Below, one piece after another: positions 50,312 to 59,633 of a stretch of DNA of 64,000 bases; position 1 is the first letter of the stretch, and every line of letters begins with the position of its first letter. Made by a program: the position numbers and the translations under genes. The notes under the pieces were generated by a model that saw nothing but the letters and a program-made list of their open reading frames with translations, was not told the DNA's origin and ran no database searches. This stretch comes from an uncultured delta proteobacterium (GTDB taxonomy: Bacteria; Myxococcota_A; UBA9160; UBA4427): contig CAWGJT010000010.1 in assembly GCA_963822965.1 (NCBI GenBank), positions 192,001 to 256,000 on the forward strand. The letters run 5' to 3'.

Positions 50312-51964
50312 ATGGCGGAGATCCACGGCGGACAGATCGTCGCGAGGCAGCTCGAGGCGGCGGGCGTCGACACCCTCTTCGGGGTGGTCGCGGGTCCCAT
50401 GATCGAGCTCTTCGCGGGCGCCCAGGAGCGCGGCTTCCGGGTGGTCGGCTGCCGTCACGAGGAGAACGCCGCCTTCATGGCCTCGGCCTGGGGCTGGTCG
50501 AAGCGCCGGCCGGGTGTGATCGTGGCGGGGTCGGGTCCGGCCGTCACGAACACCGTCACCCCGATGCACGTGGCGACCGCGAGCGGCATGCCGCTGGTGG
50601 TCCTCGGCGGCTCGACCCACGGGACCACCCGGGCGATCGGCGGCTTCCAGGAGGCGGATCAGCTGGCCTTCGCGCGGCCGGGCTGCAAGTGGGTGCAGCA
50701 GGTCGACTCGACGGAGCGCATCGCCGAGCACCTCCACCTGGCCATGGCGCGCGCGGTGCAGGGGCGTCCGGGCGCGGTGTACCTCGATTTTCCTGCGGAG
50801 GTCGTGGCTCGCCGCATTCCCGAGGAGCAGGCCGGCGTGCGGGCGTCGTCCCCGGAGCTCTCGGCGCCGCATCCCGATCCGGCCGCGATCGACAAGGCCG
50901 CGGACTGGCTGGCGGCCGCCGAGCGGCCGCTGGTGTTGATCGGGAAGGGCGCCGCCTGGTCGGGCGCCGGCGCCGCGCTCGAGAAGCTCGTCGGTCTCGG
51001 GATCCCGTACGTCGCGTCCCCGATGGCGCGCGGCACGGTGCCGGACGACGACCCCCACTTCGTGAACGCGGCGCGCTCGGCGGCGCTGGCGGGTGCCGAC
51101 GTCATCTTGATGGTCGGCGGGCGCTTCAACTGGATCTTCGGCTTCGGCCGCCCGCCCCGGTATCGGCCCGACGTGCGGATCGTCCAGGTGGACACGATGG
51201 CCGAGGAGATGACCTCGTCGGCGGAGGTGGCGCTGGGCATCGTGTCGGATGCACGGGCCGCCGCGGAGGCGCTGTACGCGGCACTGTCGGGCCGCCCGCT
51301 GCGTTGCGGTGGGCGCGAGGGCTCGTGGCTGCGCGACCTGGCCGCCCGCCGCGAGGCCAACGAAGCGCAGCTGGCCGCGGCGATGACCAGGGACTCGGTG
51401 CCCATCGACCCCTATCGGCTGGTAGCCGAGGTGCGCGCATCGGTGCCGCGGGACACGGCCCTCGCGGTGGATGGCGAGACCATCATGGGCATCTGCCGGG
51501 CCGTGCTGCCCAGCTACCGCGAGCGCTCGCGCTTCAACGCCGGCACCACCGGCTGCATGGGCACGGGCGTTCCCTACGCGATGGGCGCGAAGCTCGCCGA
51601 GCCCGACCGCCCCTCCGTGGCCGTGGTCGGCGACTACGCGTTCGGCGCCGCCGCCATGGAGGTGGAGACGGCCGCGCGGGTCGGGATTCCGGTGGTCTTC
51701 GTGGTGGCGAACAACGAGGGGATCGCCGGCCACCTGATCCAGGACCACATGCTGCCGCCCGGCTCCCCGCGCATCGCGAGCCTGCTGCCGGCCCATTACG
51801 AGAAGATGATCGAGATGGTGGACGGACACGCCGAGCGGGTGGAGCGACCAGACGAGATCCGGCCGGCGCTCGACCGCGCCCTGGCCGCCGATCGGGTCTC
51901 GCTCGTCCACGTGGTCTGCGACCCGAAGGCCGTCCGGCTGAGCGGTGGAAACTATCTGCAATAG
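50312..51964 (+). CDS. TPP-dependent enzyme, oxalyl-CoA decarboxylase / 2-hydroxyacyl-CoA lyase-like
   Basis: RHEENAAFMA, GGFQE, GRPGAVYLDFP, IGKGAAW, AGTTGCMGTG, GDYAFG...ANNEGI. Confidence 0.88.
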   Translation: MAEIHGGQIVARQLEAAGVDTLFGVVAGPMIELFAGAQERGFRVVGCRHEENAAFMASAWGWSKRRPGVIVAGSGPAVTNTVTPMHVATASGMPLVVLGGSTHGTTRAIGGFQEADQLAFARPGCKWVQQVDSTERIAEHLHLAMARAVQGRPGAVYLDFPAEVVARRIPEEQAGVRASSPELSAPHPDPAAIDKAADWLAAAERPLVLIGKGAAWSGAGAALEKLVGLGIPYVASPMARGTVPDDDPHFVNAARSAALAGADVILMVGGRFNWIFGFGRPPRYRPDVRIVQVDTMAEEMTSSAEVALGIVSDARAAAEALYAALSGRPLRCGGREGSWLRDLAARREANEAQLAAAMTRDSVPIDPYRLVAEVRASVPRDTALAVDGETIMGICRAVLPSYRERSRFNAGTTGCMGTGVPYAMGAKLAEPDRPSVAVVGDYAFGAAAMEVETAARVGIPVVFVVANNEGIAGHLIQDHMLPPGSPRIASLLPAHYEKMIEMVDGHAERVERPDEIRPALDRALAADRVSLVHVVCDPKAVRLSGGNYLQ

Positions 51965-52026
51965 CCCCGCACGGGGGGCTGCCGGCCACGGCCGTTGTCC
52001 GCAATCGCGAGTCCGGGAGAAGAATC

Positions 52027-53238
52027 ATGCCCATGCCCCTCGAAGGAATCCGCGTCATCGACTGGACGATCTGGCAGCAGGGGCCCGTCGCCTCCGCCAT
52101 GCTGGGCGACCTCGGGGCGGACGTCGTCAAGATCGAGGAGCGCGTCGGGGGTGACCCGGGCCGCGGCATCGTGGCGATGAGCGGCGTCGACCTGGGACCG
52201 CGGCCGAACTTCTACTTCGAGGCGAACAACCGAAACAAGCGGAGCCTGACGCTCGACCTGAAGAAGCCCGAGGCGACGGAGATCGTCCAGCGACTCGTCG
52301 CCGGGGCCGACGTCTTCGTCCAGAACTTCCGCAAGGGGGTCGCCGCCCGTCTGGGGCTCGACTACGCCTCCCTGCGCGCCCACAACGAAAAGCTCATCTA
52401 TGCCAGCGCGACGGGCTACGGCCCGAAGGGACCGGACAGCGGCGAGCCCTCCTTCGACCAGCTCGGGCTGGCCCGCTCGGGCATCATGCTCGCCGCCGGC
52501 GAGCCCGACATGCCGCCGCTCGCGATCGCCGGCGGCGTGGCCGACCAGATGGGCGCCATCATGCTCGCCTATGGCGTGCTGGGAGCGCTGCTGGCCCGGG
52601 AGCGCTTCGGGGTCGGTCAGGAGGTGGACGCCTCGCACCTGGGCAGCATGATGATGCTGCAGGGCCTGTCGGTGTCGGCGCGCCTCATGATGGGCTTCGC
52701 GCTGCCCCGGACGCCGCGCTCCGCGGCGGGCAATCCCCTGTGGAACCACTACCGCTGCCAGGACGATCGCTGGCTCTCCCTCGGCATGTTGCAGCCGGAC
52801 CGCTACTGGAAGGACCTGTGCCGCGCCCTCGGGCGGCCCGATCTGGCCGAAGACCCCCGCTACGTGGACATGCGGGCCCGGGCCCAGAACGCCGCCGCCG
52901 CGGTCGCCGAGCTGGACGCGATCTTCGGCAGCAAGCCCCGGGACGAGTGGATGAAGATCCTGCGCGAGGATTCCGGCGACTTCATCTTCACCCAGGTCAA
53001 CGAGGTGAACGACCTGCCCGACGATCCCCAGGTGAAGGCCAACGACTACGTGGTCGACTTCGAGCACCCGCAGCACGGCACGATCCAGATGCTGGGGATG
53101 CCCGTGCGGCTCTCCGAGACGCCCGGCAGCGTCCGGCTGCCCGCCCCCGAGTTCGGGCAGCACAGCGAGGAGATCCTGCTGGAGCTCGGCTACGACTGGG
53201 ACGCGATCGCGGACCTGCGCAAGCGCGAGGTGATCTGA
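52027..53238 (+). CDS. Family III CoA transferase (CaiB/BaiF/Frc)
   Basis: PLEGIRVID, LGDLGADVVKIE, NRNKRSLTLDLK, QNFRKG, APEFGQHSEEIL. Confidence 0.94.
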   Translation: MPMPLEGIRVIDWTIWQQGPVASAMLGDLGADVVKIEERVGGDPGRGIVAMSGVDLGPRPNFYFEANNRNKRSLTLDLKKPEATEIVQRLVAGADVFVQNFRKGVAARLGLDYASLRAHNEKLIYASATGYGPKGPDSGEPSFDQLGLARSGIMLAAGEPDMPPLAIAGGVADQMGAIMLAYGVLGALLARERFGVGQEVDASHLGSMMMLQGLSVSARLMMGFALPRTPRSAAGNPLWNHYRCQDDRWLSLGMLQPDRYWKDLCRALGRPDLAEDPRYVDMRARAQNAAAAVAELDAIFGSKPRDEWMKILREDSGDFIFTQVNEVNDLPDDPQVKANDYVVDFEHPQHGTIQMLGMPVRLSETPGSVRLPAPEFGQHSEEILLELGYDWDAIADLRKREVI

Positions 53239-53397
53239 GAGCCTGTGAAGGAATCCTCTCGGTCGCCGGGCTTGCGGCGGCGGGCCGTCTGCGGCGTTGC
53301 TCCTCCTCGCCGTAGGCGCGCTACGCCTCGTCGTCGCGCCTTGCATCCGACCCACCGGCGCAGCGCCTGACTCGGTCGAGGATTCCTTCACAGGCTC
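53239..53397. mobile_element. MITE-like element A (159 bp, perfect 20-bp terminal inverted repeats)
   Basis: GAGCCTGTGAAGGAATCCTC (53239-53258) / GAGGATTCCTTCACAGGCTC (53378-53397); begins immediately after a TGA stop; no clean target duplication. Confidence 0.8.
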
Positions 53398-53410
53398 CGA
53401 GCCGGCCCGG

Positions 53411-54088
53411 TCAGTTCGGGGGTGTGGGGCACTTGTTCGACTGGGCGCGCAGCTTGATGCGCCCGCTGACGTTGAACTGGTCGGCGTACTCGCTCAGGTT
53501 GTCGTACTGGATGTCGTAGAGCATCTTGCCCTTGAACTTCACCTTCAGGTTGTCGCCCCCGTCCTTGAGGCGCCCCTTGAACCGCAGCTTGTTCTGGTTG
53601 GTGAGCATCGCGTACGGGACGTCGGCCACGAGGGCTCGCTCGCCGAAGAGCGTGAACTGGCTGAAGTTGCTGAAGAGGGTCGCGATGACGCTCGCGCCGT
53701 TGTCGTTCACCTCGAAGTTCAGCTTCTTGCCGCGCTGGCGATAGGTCCCGGTGACGAACGCGCCGAGCGGACTGCCCAGCTCGTCCGGATAGCTGAAGGC
53801 CATCACGAAGGAGTCGGACGGGGCCGGCGAGAAGACGAACGTGAACGACGGCGTGAAGTGACCGGGCGTGGTCTGGAAGTTCGGCGGCACGTAGTTGTTG
53901 TAGTCGTTGACCTTGTACTTGCCGAAGTCGCGCAGCTTGAGCACGAACTTGCCGCAGACCACGAACGTCTCGCCGGCGACCGAGTCGCCCCCGCCACCCG
54001 TGCCGGCCACGGCGGGGCCGCTCGCGAGGGTGAGCGCGGCCACCAGGAGGGCCACCGTGCCCCGCGTCGTCGTCTTCGCCTGAACCAA
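53411..54088 (-). CDS. Secreted beta-rich hypothetical protein
   Basis: GGGAGG RBS and TTG 54088; signal peptide ending AVA; K/F/N-rich composition with GC-ending codons. Confidence 0.72.
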   Translation of the reverse strand: MVQAKTTTRGTVALLVAALTLASGPAVAGTGGGGDSVAGETFVVCGKFVLKLRDFGKYKVNDYNNYVPPNFQTTPGHFTPSFTFVFSPAPSDSFVMAFSYPDELGSPLGAFVTGTYRQRGKKLNFEVNDNGASVIATLFSNFSQFTLFGERALVADVPYAMLTNQNKLRFKGRLKDGGDNLKVKFKGKMLYDIQYDNLSEYADQFNVSGRIKLRAQSNKCPTPPN

Positions 54089-54410
54089 CCTGAAAGCCTC
54101 CCTGCGCCTTGTCGCTGTGGCTTGCCGCGGCGGACGGCCTCGCTCGCCGAGCCGTCGCGGGGCCCATTCTATGGGATTCGTCCGGCGAAACGCGAAGCAT
54201 TTCCCGAGTTTGCGGGGCGAAGCGCATCCGCCCGGGGGGATTCTCCCGCGAGGCGCGGGCCTTGTCGCCGCGGCTCCCCGGCAGCCGCCGTCGCCCGCCC
54301 CCGGCACCCCGCTGGCGGGCGGCGCCGGTGGTGCTTCAGTCGCAACCGAGGCGCACCGATAGACCCCGCAGGGTTTGGTGGCAGCGACCCGTCCCAATCG
54401 GAGGAAGATC

Positions 54411-54725
54411 ATGCCGGCTCGACTTCGCAGATTTCTCGCAGCGTCCTGTGCGCTCGTTCTCGTTCTGGGAGCCGCCGCTCCCGCGTTCTCCGCGTCCGAG
54501 TCGATGCGCTCGATGATGAAGGGGTCCGATCCGGTCTCGCCGGCCGTCGACGTGCTGCTGCTGCGGCCCGTGGCGTTCGTGACCCTCATCGCCGGGACGG
54601 GGCTCTTCATCGCGTCCGTGCCCTTGGTGCTGATCACCCGCCCGCACGAGATCGGGAAGCCCTTCGACAAGCTGGTGGCCGACCCGGCGCGCTACATCTG
54701 GATGGATCCGCTGGGCACGCACTAG
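54411..54725 (+). CDS. Small conserved-looking membrane protein
   Basis: GGAGGA RBS; signal peptide; DVLLLRPV...LVADPARY..DPLG. Confidence 0.75.
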   Translation: MPARLRRFLAASCALVLVLGAAAPAFSASESMRSMMKGSDPVSPAVDVLLLRPVAFVTLIAGTGLFIASVPLVLITRPHEIGKPFDKLVADPARYIWMDPLGTH

Positions 54726-54757
54726 GAGCCGAATCCGCGGGATTCGTTTGCGGCGCC

Positions 54758-55018
54758 TCAGAACCGTTCCAGCTCCGCACCCCCGACGAGCTCCACGGCT
54801 TCCTCGGCGAGGGAGTGGGGGTCCTCCTCGCTCAGCAGATGGGCGAGGGTGTCGCGTGCGGCGGCCTCCGAACCGCACGGGACGGTCGAGTTCCGACCGA
54901 TCACGTACCAGCCGTCCTCCAGCTCGGCGACCCGCAGCGGCCCGTCGATGGGCACGCAGTTTCCGCCCGGGAACACCAGGAACGGGCCGGCGTGGGGGAC
55001 GGGCTCCGGCGTGCTCAA
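54758..55018 (-). CDS. Small hypothetical protein
   Basis: TTG start overlapping the upstream stop (TTGA); globular-looking 86-aa sequence. Confidence 0.55.
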   Translation of the reverse strand: MSTPEPVPHAGPFLVFPGGNCVPIDGPLRVAELEDGWYVIGRNSTVPCGSEAAARDTLAHLLSEEDPHSLAEEAVELVGGAELERF

Positions 55019-55536
55019 CGGGGGCGCTCCCGCCGCGGTCTCCGCAGCGTCGCGACGCCGAGCAGTGCCGCCAGCCCGAGCAGTGCCGCCAGCCCGAGCG
55101 CCGGCGCCGAAGGCTCGGGGGCGACCGTGAAGTTGCGGCCGTTGCGGGACACGACCGCGTCGTACTGGAACGATTGTCCGCGCGGCACCACGAGCCGGGC
55201 CACGGCCACCACGTCCACGCTGCTCGCGCCGCCTGTCCCTCCGCGAAGGCGGGCGGTGGTGCTCGAGCTCGAGGTGTCGGTGAGATCGGGCCAGTTCGTC
55301 CCGAAGAGCTGGCTCTGGGCGTCGAAGCTTCCGGAGAACGTGACGTCCACGAAGCCCGATCGACCGAGGCCGTCCTGGAAGTCGACCGCCACGTCGTAGG
55401 CCACGAGCCCCCCGGCCATGGGCGTGGCGTGGGTGGTGAGGATCGGATCGGCGACGGCGGCGGGCGCGACGACGGCGAGCAGGGCCACACCGCTCGCCCA
55501 CGTCCATCCGCGACGAACCCCGTAGCGGCGCTTCAC
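55015..55536 (-). CDS. Small PEP-CTERM-like exported protein
   Basis: Signal peptide (ALLAVVAPAAVA); C-terminal VAPEPS + hydrophobic helix (LGLAAL duplicated by an 18-bp repeat at 55058-55093) + RRPRR. Confidence 0.72.
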   Translation of the reverse strand: MKRRYGVRRGWTWASGVALLAVVAPAAVADPILTTHATPMAGGLVAYDVAVDFQDGLGRSGFVDVTFSGSFDAQSQLFGTNWPDLTDTSSSSTTARLRGGTGGASSVDVVAVARLVVPRGQSFQYDAVVSRNGRNFTVAPEPSAPALGLAALLGLAALLGVATLRRPRRERPR

Positions 55537-55723
55537 GCGCTTCCTGGCCTGCTCGATCACCTGCTGCATCGCTGCCTGCTGCCGGCTGCGGGGGAGGCCG
55601 TGCCCGGAAAGCATACGGGGTCGGAGGGGGCCGGCAACCGCGGCGCCGCCGGGTGGGGCGTCGGAGGGCGACGAGGGGGAGGGCGTCTCAAGCAGGCCTT
55701 CGGTCCGACCGATCCGGCCCCCG

Positions 55724-56491
55724 ATGGACCCTCTCCGCTCCAGGAACGCGTGCTCTCGCCGGGTGCTGGTCGCGCTCGTCGCGCTGGCGGCCGGCTTCGC
55801 CGCCTCGAGCGCGGACGCGGCGATCTACAAGTACGTCGATCGCAGCGGGGTCAGCCACTACAGCGACTCGCTCTCGTCCGTCCCCGAGGAGTACCGGGAC
55901 CGGGTTCGGGACATCACCGCCGAGATGGGCGACAAGCCGAGCGTCCAGATCGTCCCTCGACAGGGCGAAGAGGCGCCCGCGGCGGACGCGGACGAGGGCT
56001 CTCCGCTCGAGGCGGTCGACCTGGGCGCCGCGAATCTCGGCGAGAGCGGTGGCATGATCCGCAACCTGCTCGAGACCGCGGGCTTCGGCGTCCTGCTGCT
56101 CGTGCTGCTCGCGATCCCGGTCCTGTTCGTGGTGAGCGCCCTCATCTTCAAGCTGGCCTGCCGGCTGGCCGGGGAGGAGCCGCCGGGACTGGGACGAGCG
56201 TGCGTGGTGCTCTTCGTCCAGAGCCTCGCGGGTTCGGCGGTGGGAGCGGCGGTGAGCGGCGTGTCGATGGTGCTGGGTCTCGAGCAGAGCGCCGGCCTGG
56301 GGCTCTCGGTCGCGATCGGGGGCGTCTCCTCGCTGCTCTCGTGGCTCGCGAGCGCGGGCGTCCTGACGGCGATGCTGGGCTACGCGTTTCTGCGCTGCAT
56401 GTGGATCTGCGTCCTGAACACGCTGCTCGTGATCGTGATGGTCGGAGCGCCCATCGCCGCGGTCGCGGTCGTCGGCATGCTGGTGTCCTGA
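55724..56491 (+). CDS. DUF4124-like N-terminal domain membrane protein
   Basis: Signal peptide then AIYKYVDRSGVSHYSD..VPEEYR; four or more C-terminal TM helices. Confidence 0.8.
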   Translation: MDPLRSRNACSRRVLVALVALAAGFAASSADAAIYKYVDRSGVSHYSDSLSSVPEEYRDRVRDITAEMGDKPSVQIVPRQGEEAPAADADEGSPLEAVDLGAANLGESGGMIRNLLETAGFGVLLLVLLAIPVLFVVSALIFKLACRLAGEEPPGLGRACVVLFVQSLAGSAVGAAVSGVSMVLGLEQSAGLGLSVAIGGVSSLLSWLASAGVLTAMLGYAFLRCMWICVLNTLLVIVMVGAPIAAVAVVGMLVS

Positions 56492-56510
56492 GCCCGTTGC
56501 GGCCGGACGC

Positions 56511-57275
56511 TCAGCCCTCGCTTCCGGCGCCGCCGCGCAGCGCGAGCCTCGCCCAGCAATCCCCCAGCCACCAGGTCGCATAGGCGAGCACGACGGCGAG
56601 GACGCCCGCGGCGCAGACCACGGCGAGCGGGAGCACCAGGTCGCCCACGCGGCTCGCCTGCTGCCAGACGCTCGCGAGCAGCTGGACCAGATCGTCCGAA
56701 CGCAGGTGCTCGAAGCGCGCTCGGCCGAGCATCCGGGTCACGACGATCGAGCCCATCTCGAAGTAGTCGCCCGGCAGGTTGTAGAAAGGCGCCAGCCCCA
56801 GCACGCAGGCCGGGCCCAGCAGCAGCGGGCGGCTGCGAGCGGCGCACGCCCGCAGCAGCGGCACGCCGATCGCCACCGAGAGCGAGAAGGGAAGGGCGTC
56901 CGTGGCCAGGTAGACGAGGTCGGAGCCATGGGTGTCGAAGCCGGACAGGCGTCCCGCGTAGTCGCTGCCCACCGTCACGAACGGAAGCAGATGGGCGAGC
57001 AGGGCGCCGCCGTACTGGGCCTGGATCTCCAGGGTCGTGACCGTGCCGCCCGTGGCGGCGCAGCCGAGGGCGTGGAGCAGCTCGTGGACGGGCACGTAGG
57101 CGTACCAGCTCGCCACCAGCGCCACGAGCGCGGCCACCGCGCGGGCGCCCGCTCGAGGGCCGGTGAGCACCGGCTCGAGGGCCTGGGCCGTGGCCTCGAA
57201 GGGTGCGCGCAGCAGGGCTCGCAACGCCCCGGTGGGCGCTGCGGGTACGGCGCCGCCTTCGGCGTCAGGCGTCAC
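56511..57275 (-). CDS. Membrane protein with HExxH motif (M50-like metalloprotease?)
   Basis: VPVHELLHALG next to a TM helix; PGDY downstream. Confidence 0.65.
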   Translation of the reverse strand: MTPDAEGGAVPAAPTGALRALLRAPFEATAQALEPVLTGPRAGARAVAALVALVASWYAYVPVHELLHALGCAATGGTVTTLEIQAQYGGALLAHLLPFVTVGSDYAGRLSGFDTHGSDLVYLATDALPFSLSVAIGVPLLRACAARSRPLLLGPACVLGLAPFYNLPGDYFEMGSIVVTRMLGRARFEHLRSDDLVQLLASVWQQASRVGDLVLPLAVVCAAGVLAVVLAYATWWLGDCWARLALRGGAGSEG

Positions 57276-57747
57276 CGAGGGTGCGGGAGAGCGCCACGCG
57301 GCGCAGGGTCGTGACGGCGAACACGAGCAGCTCGCCCGCCGGGTCGAGGAAGCGGGTCTCTACGAAGAGCGTGCGCCCGCGTTCCTTCACGAGCTCGCTC
57401 TCGATGAGGAAGCGAGGGCCCAGCACGGGCTCGAAGTAGTCGACGCGCATGTTCGTCGTGGCGAGCCAGGACGTGAAGGGTCGCGTTCGGTCCTCCCCCG
57501 CGCGCGTGGTGAACAGAGCGACGAAGTCCACGTAGGTCGGCGTGAATCCGCCGAAGAGCTGGCCGCGCGGGTTCTTCGCGTGCGTCGGGAGGTGGACGTC
57601 GAGCTTCAGGAAGCCGTGACGCTGCTCGACGATCTTCCAATCGTAGGCCTCCAGGAAGTCGCCGGCGGGATGGCCCCGGCCAACGAGCTGTCCGGGCGCC
57701 AGGCTCTGCCAGGGACGCGGAATCGCTTCGCTTTCGGAATCGCTCAT
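57265..57747 (-). CDS. PaaI/hotdog-fold thioesterase
   Basis: KNPRGQLFGG...YVD, ATTNMRVDYFEPV. Confidence 0.85.
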   Translation of the reverse strand: MSDSESEAIPRPWQSLAPGQLVGRGHPAGDFLEAYDWKIVEQRHGFLKLDVHLPTHAKNPRGQLFGGFTPTYVDFVALFTTRAGEDRTRPFTSWLATTNMRVDYFEPVLGPRFLIESELVKERGRTLFVETRFLDPAGELLVFAVTTLRRVALSRTLGDA

Positions 57748-57832
57748 CGGCCTCTCGCTCTGCTCCTCGGCGGGTCCGGCGGAGGGGTGCGGCCCTCGCT
57801 CCGGGCGCCGCGGTCCCTTCCCCGCACGGCCC

Positions 57833-58546
57833 CTACCACTTCTCTGCGTACGGGCGCAGGTCCAGCTCGAAGGTCCAGGCGGACCGATCCTGCTCGGTGA
57901 CGAAGTGCACCGCTCGCGCGATCTCGTCGGCCTTCAGGAAGAAGTCGTCGGGGCGATCGGGCAGGAGCTTGCGGGTACGCGGGATGTCGATCACGCCGTC
58001 GACGATCACGTAGGCGACGTGGATGTTCTCGGGACCCAGCTTGCGGGCCAGGGACTGGGCGAGGCCGCGCTGGGCGGCCTTGGCCGAGGCGAAGGCCGCG
58101 AATCCCGCGCTGCCCTTGATCGACGCGGTGGCCCCCATGACGACGATGTTGCCGGCGCCCGCGCGCCGCATGTCCGGCAGCACGGCCTTCACCGCCTGGA
58201 AGAGACCCCCCGTGTTGACCTCCCAGGCGCCGCGGAAGCTCTCGAAGTCCAATGCGTCGACGTCGCCGAAGACGGCCGAGCCCGCGTTGTAGACGAGGGT
58301 GGTGATGGGGCCGTTGTCCTCGCGCACCCGAGCGAAGACCTTCTCGGGAGCCTCGGGCACGCAGGCGTCGTACGCGTAGGCGCGCGCTCCGGGGATCTCG
58401 CTCGCCAGGGCCTCCACGGCCTCCAGCCCGCGGGCGCAGAGCGCCACCCGATGGCCCGCCGCCGCAAAGCGGCGGGCGAGGGCGGCGCCGTTTCCGGGGC
58501 CGGCCCCAACGATCGCGCAGACGGGCTCGCTCATCGCGTGTTCCAC
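57833..58546 (-). CDS. Short-chain dehydrogenase/reductase
   Basis: VGAGPGNG, YNAG, GATAS, FASAK, IVDGVID, WTFELDLRP. Confidence 0.92.
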   Translation of the reverse strand: MEHAMSEPVCAIVGAGPGNGAALARRFAAAGHRVALCARGLEAVEALASEIPGARAYAYDACVPEAPEKVFARVREDNGPITTLVYNAGSAVFGDVDALDFESFRGAWEVNTGGLFQAVKAVLPDMRRAGAGNIVVMGATASIKGSAGFAAFASAKAAQRGLAQSLARKLGPENIHVAYVIVDGVIDIPRTRKLLPDRPDDFFLKADEIARAVHFVTEQDRSAWTFELDLRPYAEKW

Positions 58547-58623
58547 CTCCTCGCAGGACGACGACGCTACCGCACACCCCGTCCGGATGGCCCGCCTGCT
58601 GCCGGCCCGGTACGTTCGCCGCC

Positions 58624-59475
58624 ATGGAGCGGCTTCCGGGATTCGTCTGGCCCGTGCCCCGGGCCTTTGCGTCGGCGGTTTCGACCTGCCGCTTCGAGCA
58701 GGGCGACGTGCTCTACGACGTGCCCGAGGCCTACGCGAGCTGGGGCCCCGGTCCCGGGTGCTGGGTGCAGGTGCTCGACCCGCCGCGCACCGCCCGGGCC
58801 GCGCCGCCGGATGCCGAGGGAAACCGCTTCGCGGCCAACTGGGGCACGCCGGTGACGATCGAGCTGGGCATCCGCAGCCCGGCGTCGGCCCGCACGCTCC
58901 GCTGCACCCAGGGGCGCCTCTTCACCTGCCTGTGGCGTGGCGACCCGGGCCTGCTGCGGGACGTCGTGCCCGGTGCTCCCGACGAGCTGCAGCCACCCGC
59001 CACGGCGCGCGAGCTGCAGAAGGAGCTGGCGGCGGCCGTGCCGGCCGTGCGCCGGGCCTCCCGGCGGGACCCGGAACAAAGCACGGCCTTCGTGTGCGTG
59101 GTGGACGAGGCGAGCGAGGCCTCCCTCGCGAAGGCCCGGGCGATCGCGGCCGCGCTGGCCGGCGACGGTGCCGCGAGCCAGCCGGGGCGTCGGTCCGGCC
59201 GCGCGGCCCCGGCCGGCGGAGCCGTCGAGATCGTGGACCTCGCTCCCGTCGAGGCGGGAATCCCTGCCGGCGACGGCTTCCATCCCGCCCTGCGCGTGCG
59301 CGGGTTCGTGGTGGAGTGCGCCGAGCCCGCGCAGGTGGAGGCGCGGCTCAAGCGGGCCCTGTACGCGCCCACCCGCACCAGCGGGGACGGCGCCGGTGAT
59401 CGCTTCAAGCTCGACCGGCACGGGCTGCTGGTCCCACCGGAGGGGACCGCGGCGGCTCCCGGGAAGCGCGGCTAA
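58624..59475 (+). CDS. Hypothetical protein
   Basis: 283-aa ORF with typical codon pattern filling the gap; no recognised motif. Confidence 0.6.
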   Translation: MERLPGFVWPVPRAFASAVSTCRFEQGDVLYDVPEAYASWGPGPGCWVQVLDPPRTARAAPPDAEGNRFAANWGTPVTIELGIRSPASARTLRCTQGRLFTCLWRGDPGLLRDVVPGAPDELQPPATARELQKELAAAVPAVRRASRRDPEQSTAFVCVVDEASEASLAKARAIAAALAGDGAASQPGRRSGRAAPAGGAVEIVDLAPVEAGIPAGDGFHPALRVRGFVVECAEPAQVEARLKRALYAPTRTSGDGAGDRFKLDRHGLLVPPEGTAAAPGKRG

Positions 59476-59633
59476 CCTGACGCGTCCCGGGCGGGTCGCC
59501 CGGCCCGGTACGGGCCGCGCCCCCCCGGCGGCGGAGCCGCCGCCGATGCGGGCGGTAGCGCCGCGGAACGATCGAGTTCGAAGAGAAGATCGAGATCCAG
59601 AAAGGTCGAGATCGAGCAAAGGAGAGCGCCGTC

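Noticed and set aside
49813..53238. 1141-aa ORF
   Set aside because: The real CoA transferase starts at 52027; upstream is an off-frame reading of the hydrolase and TPP genes.
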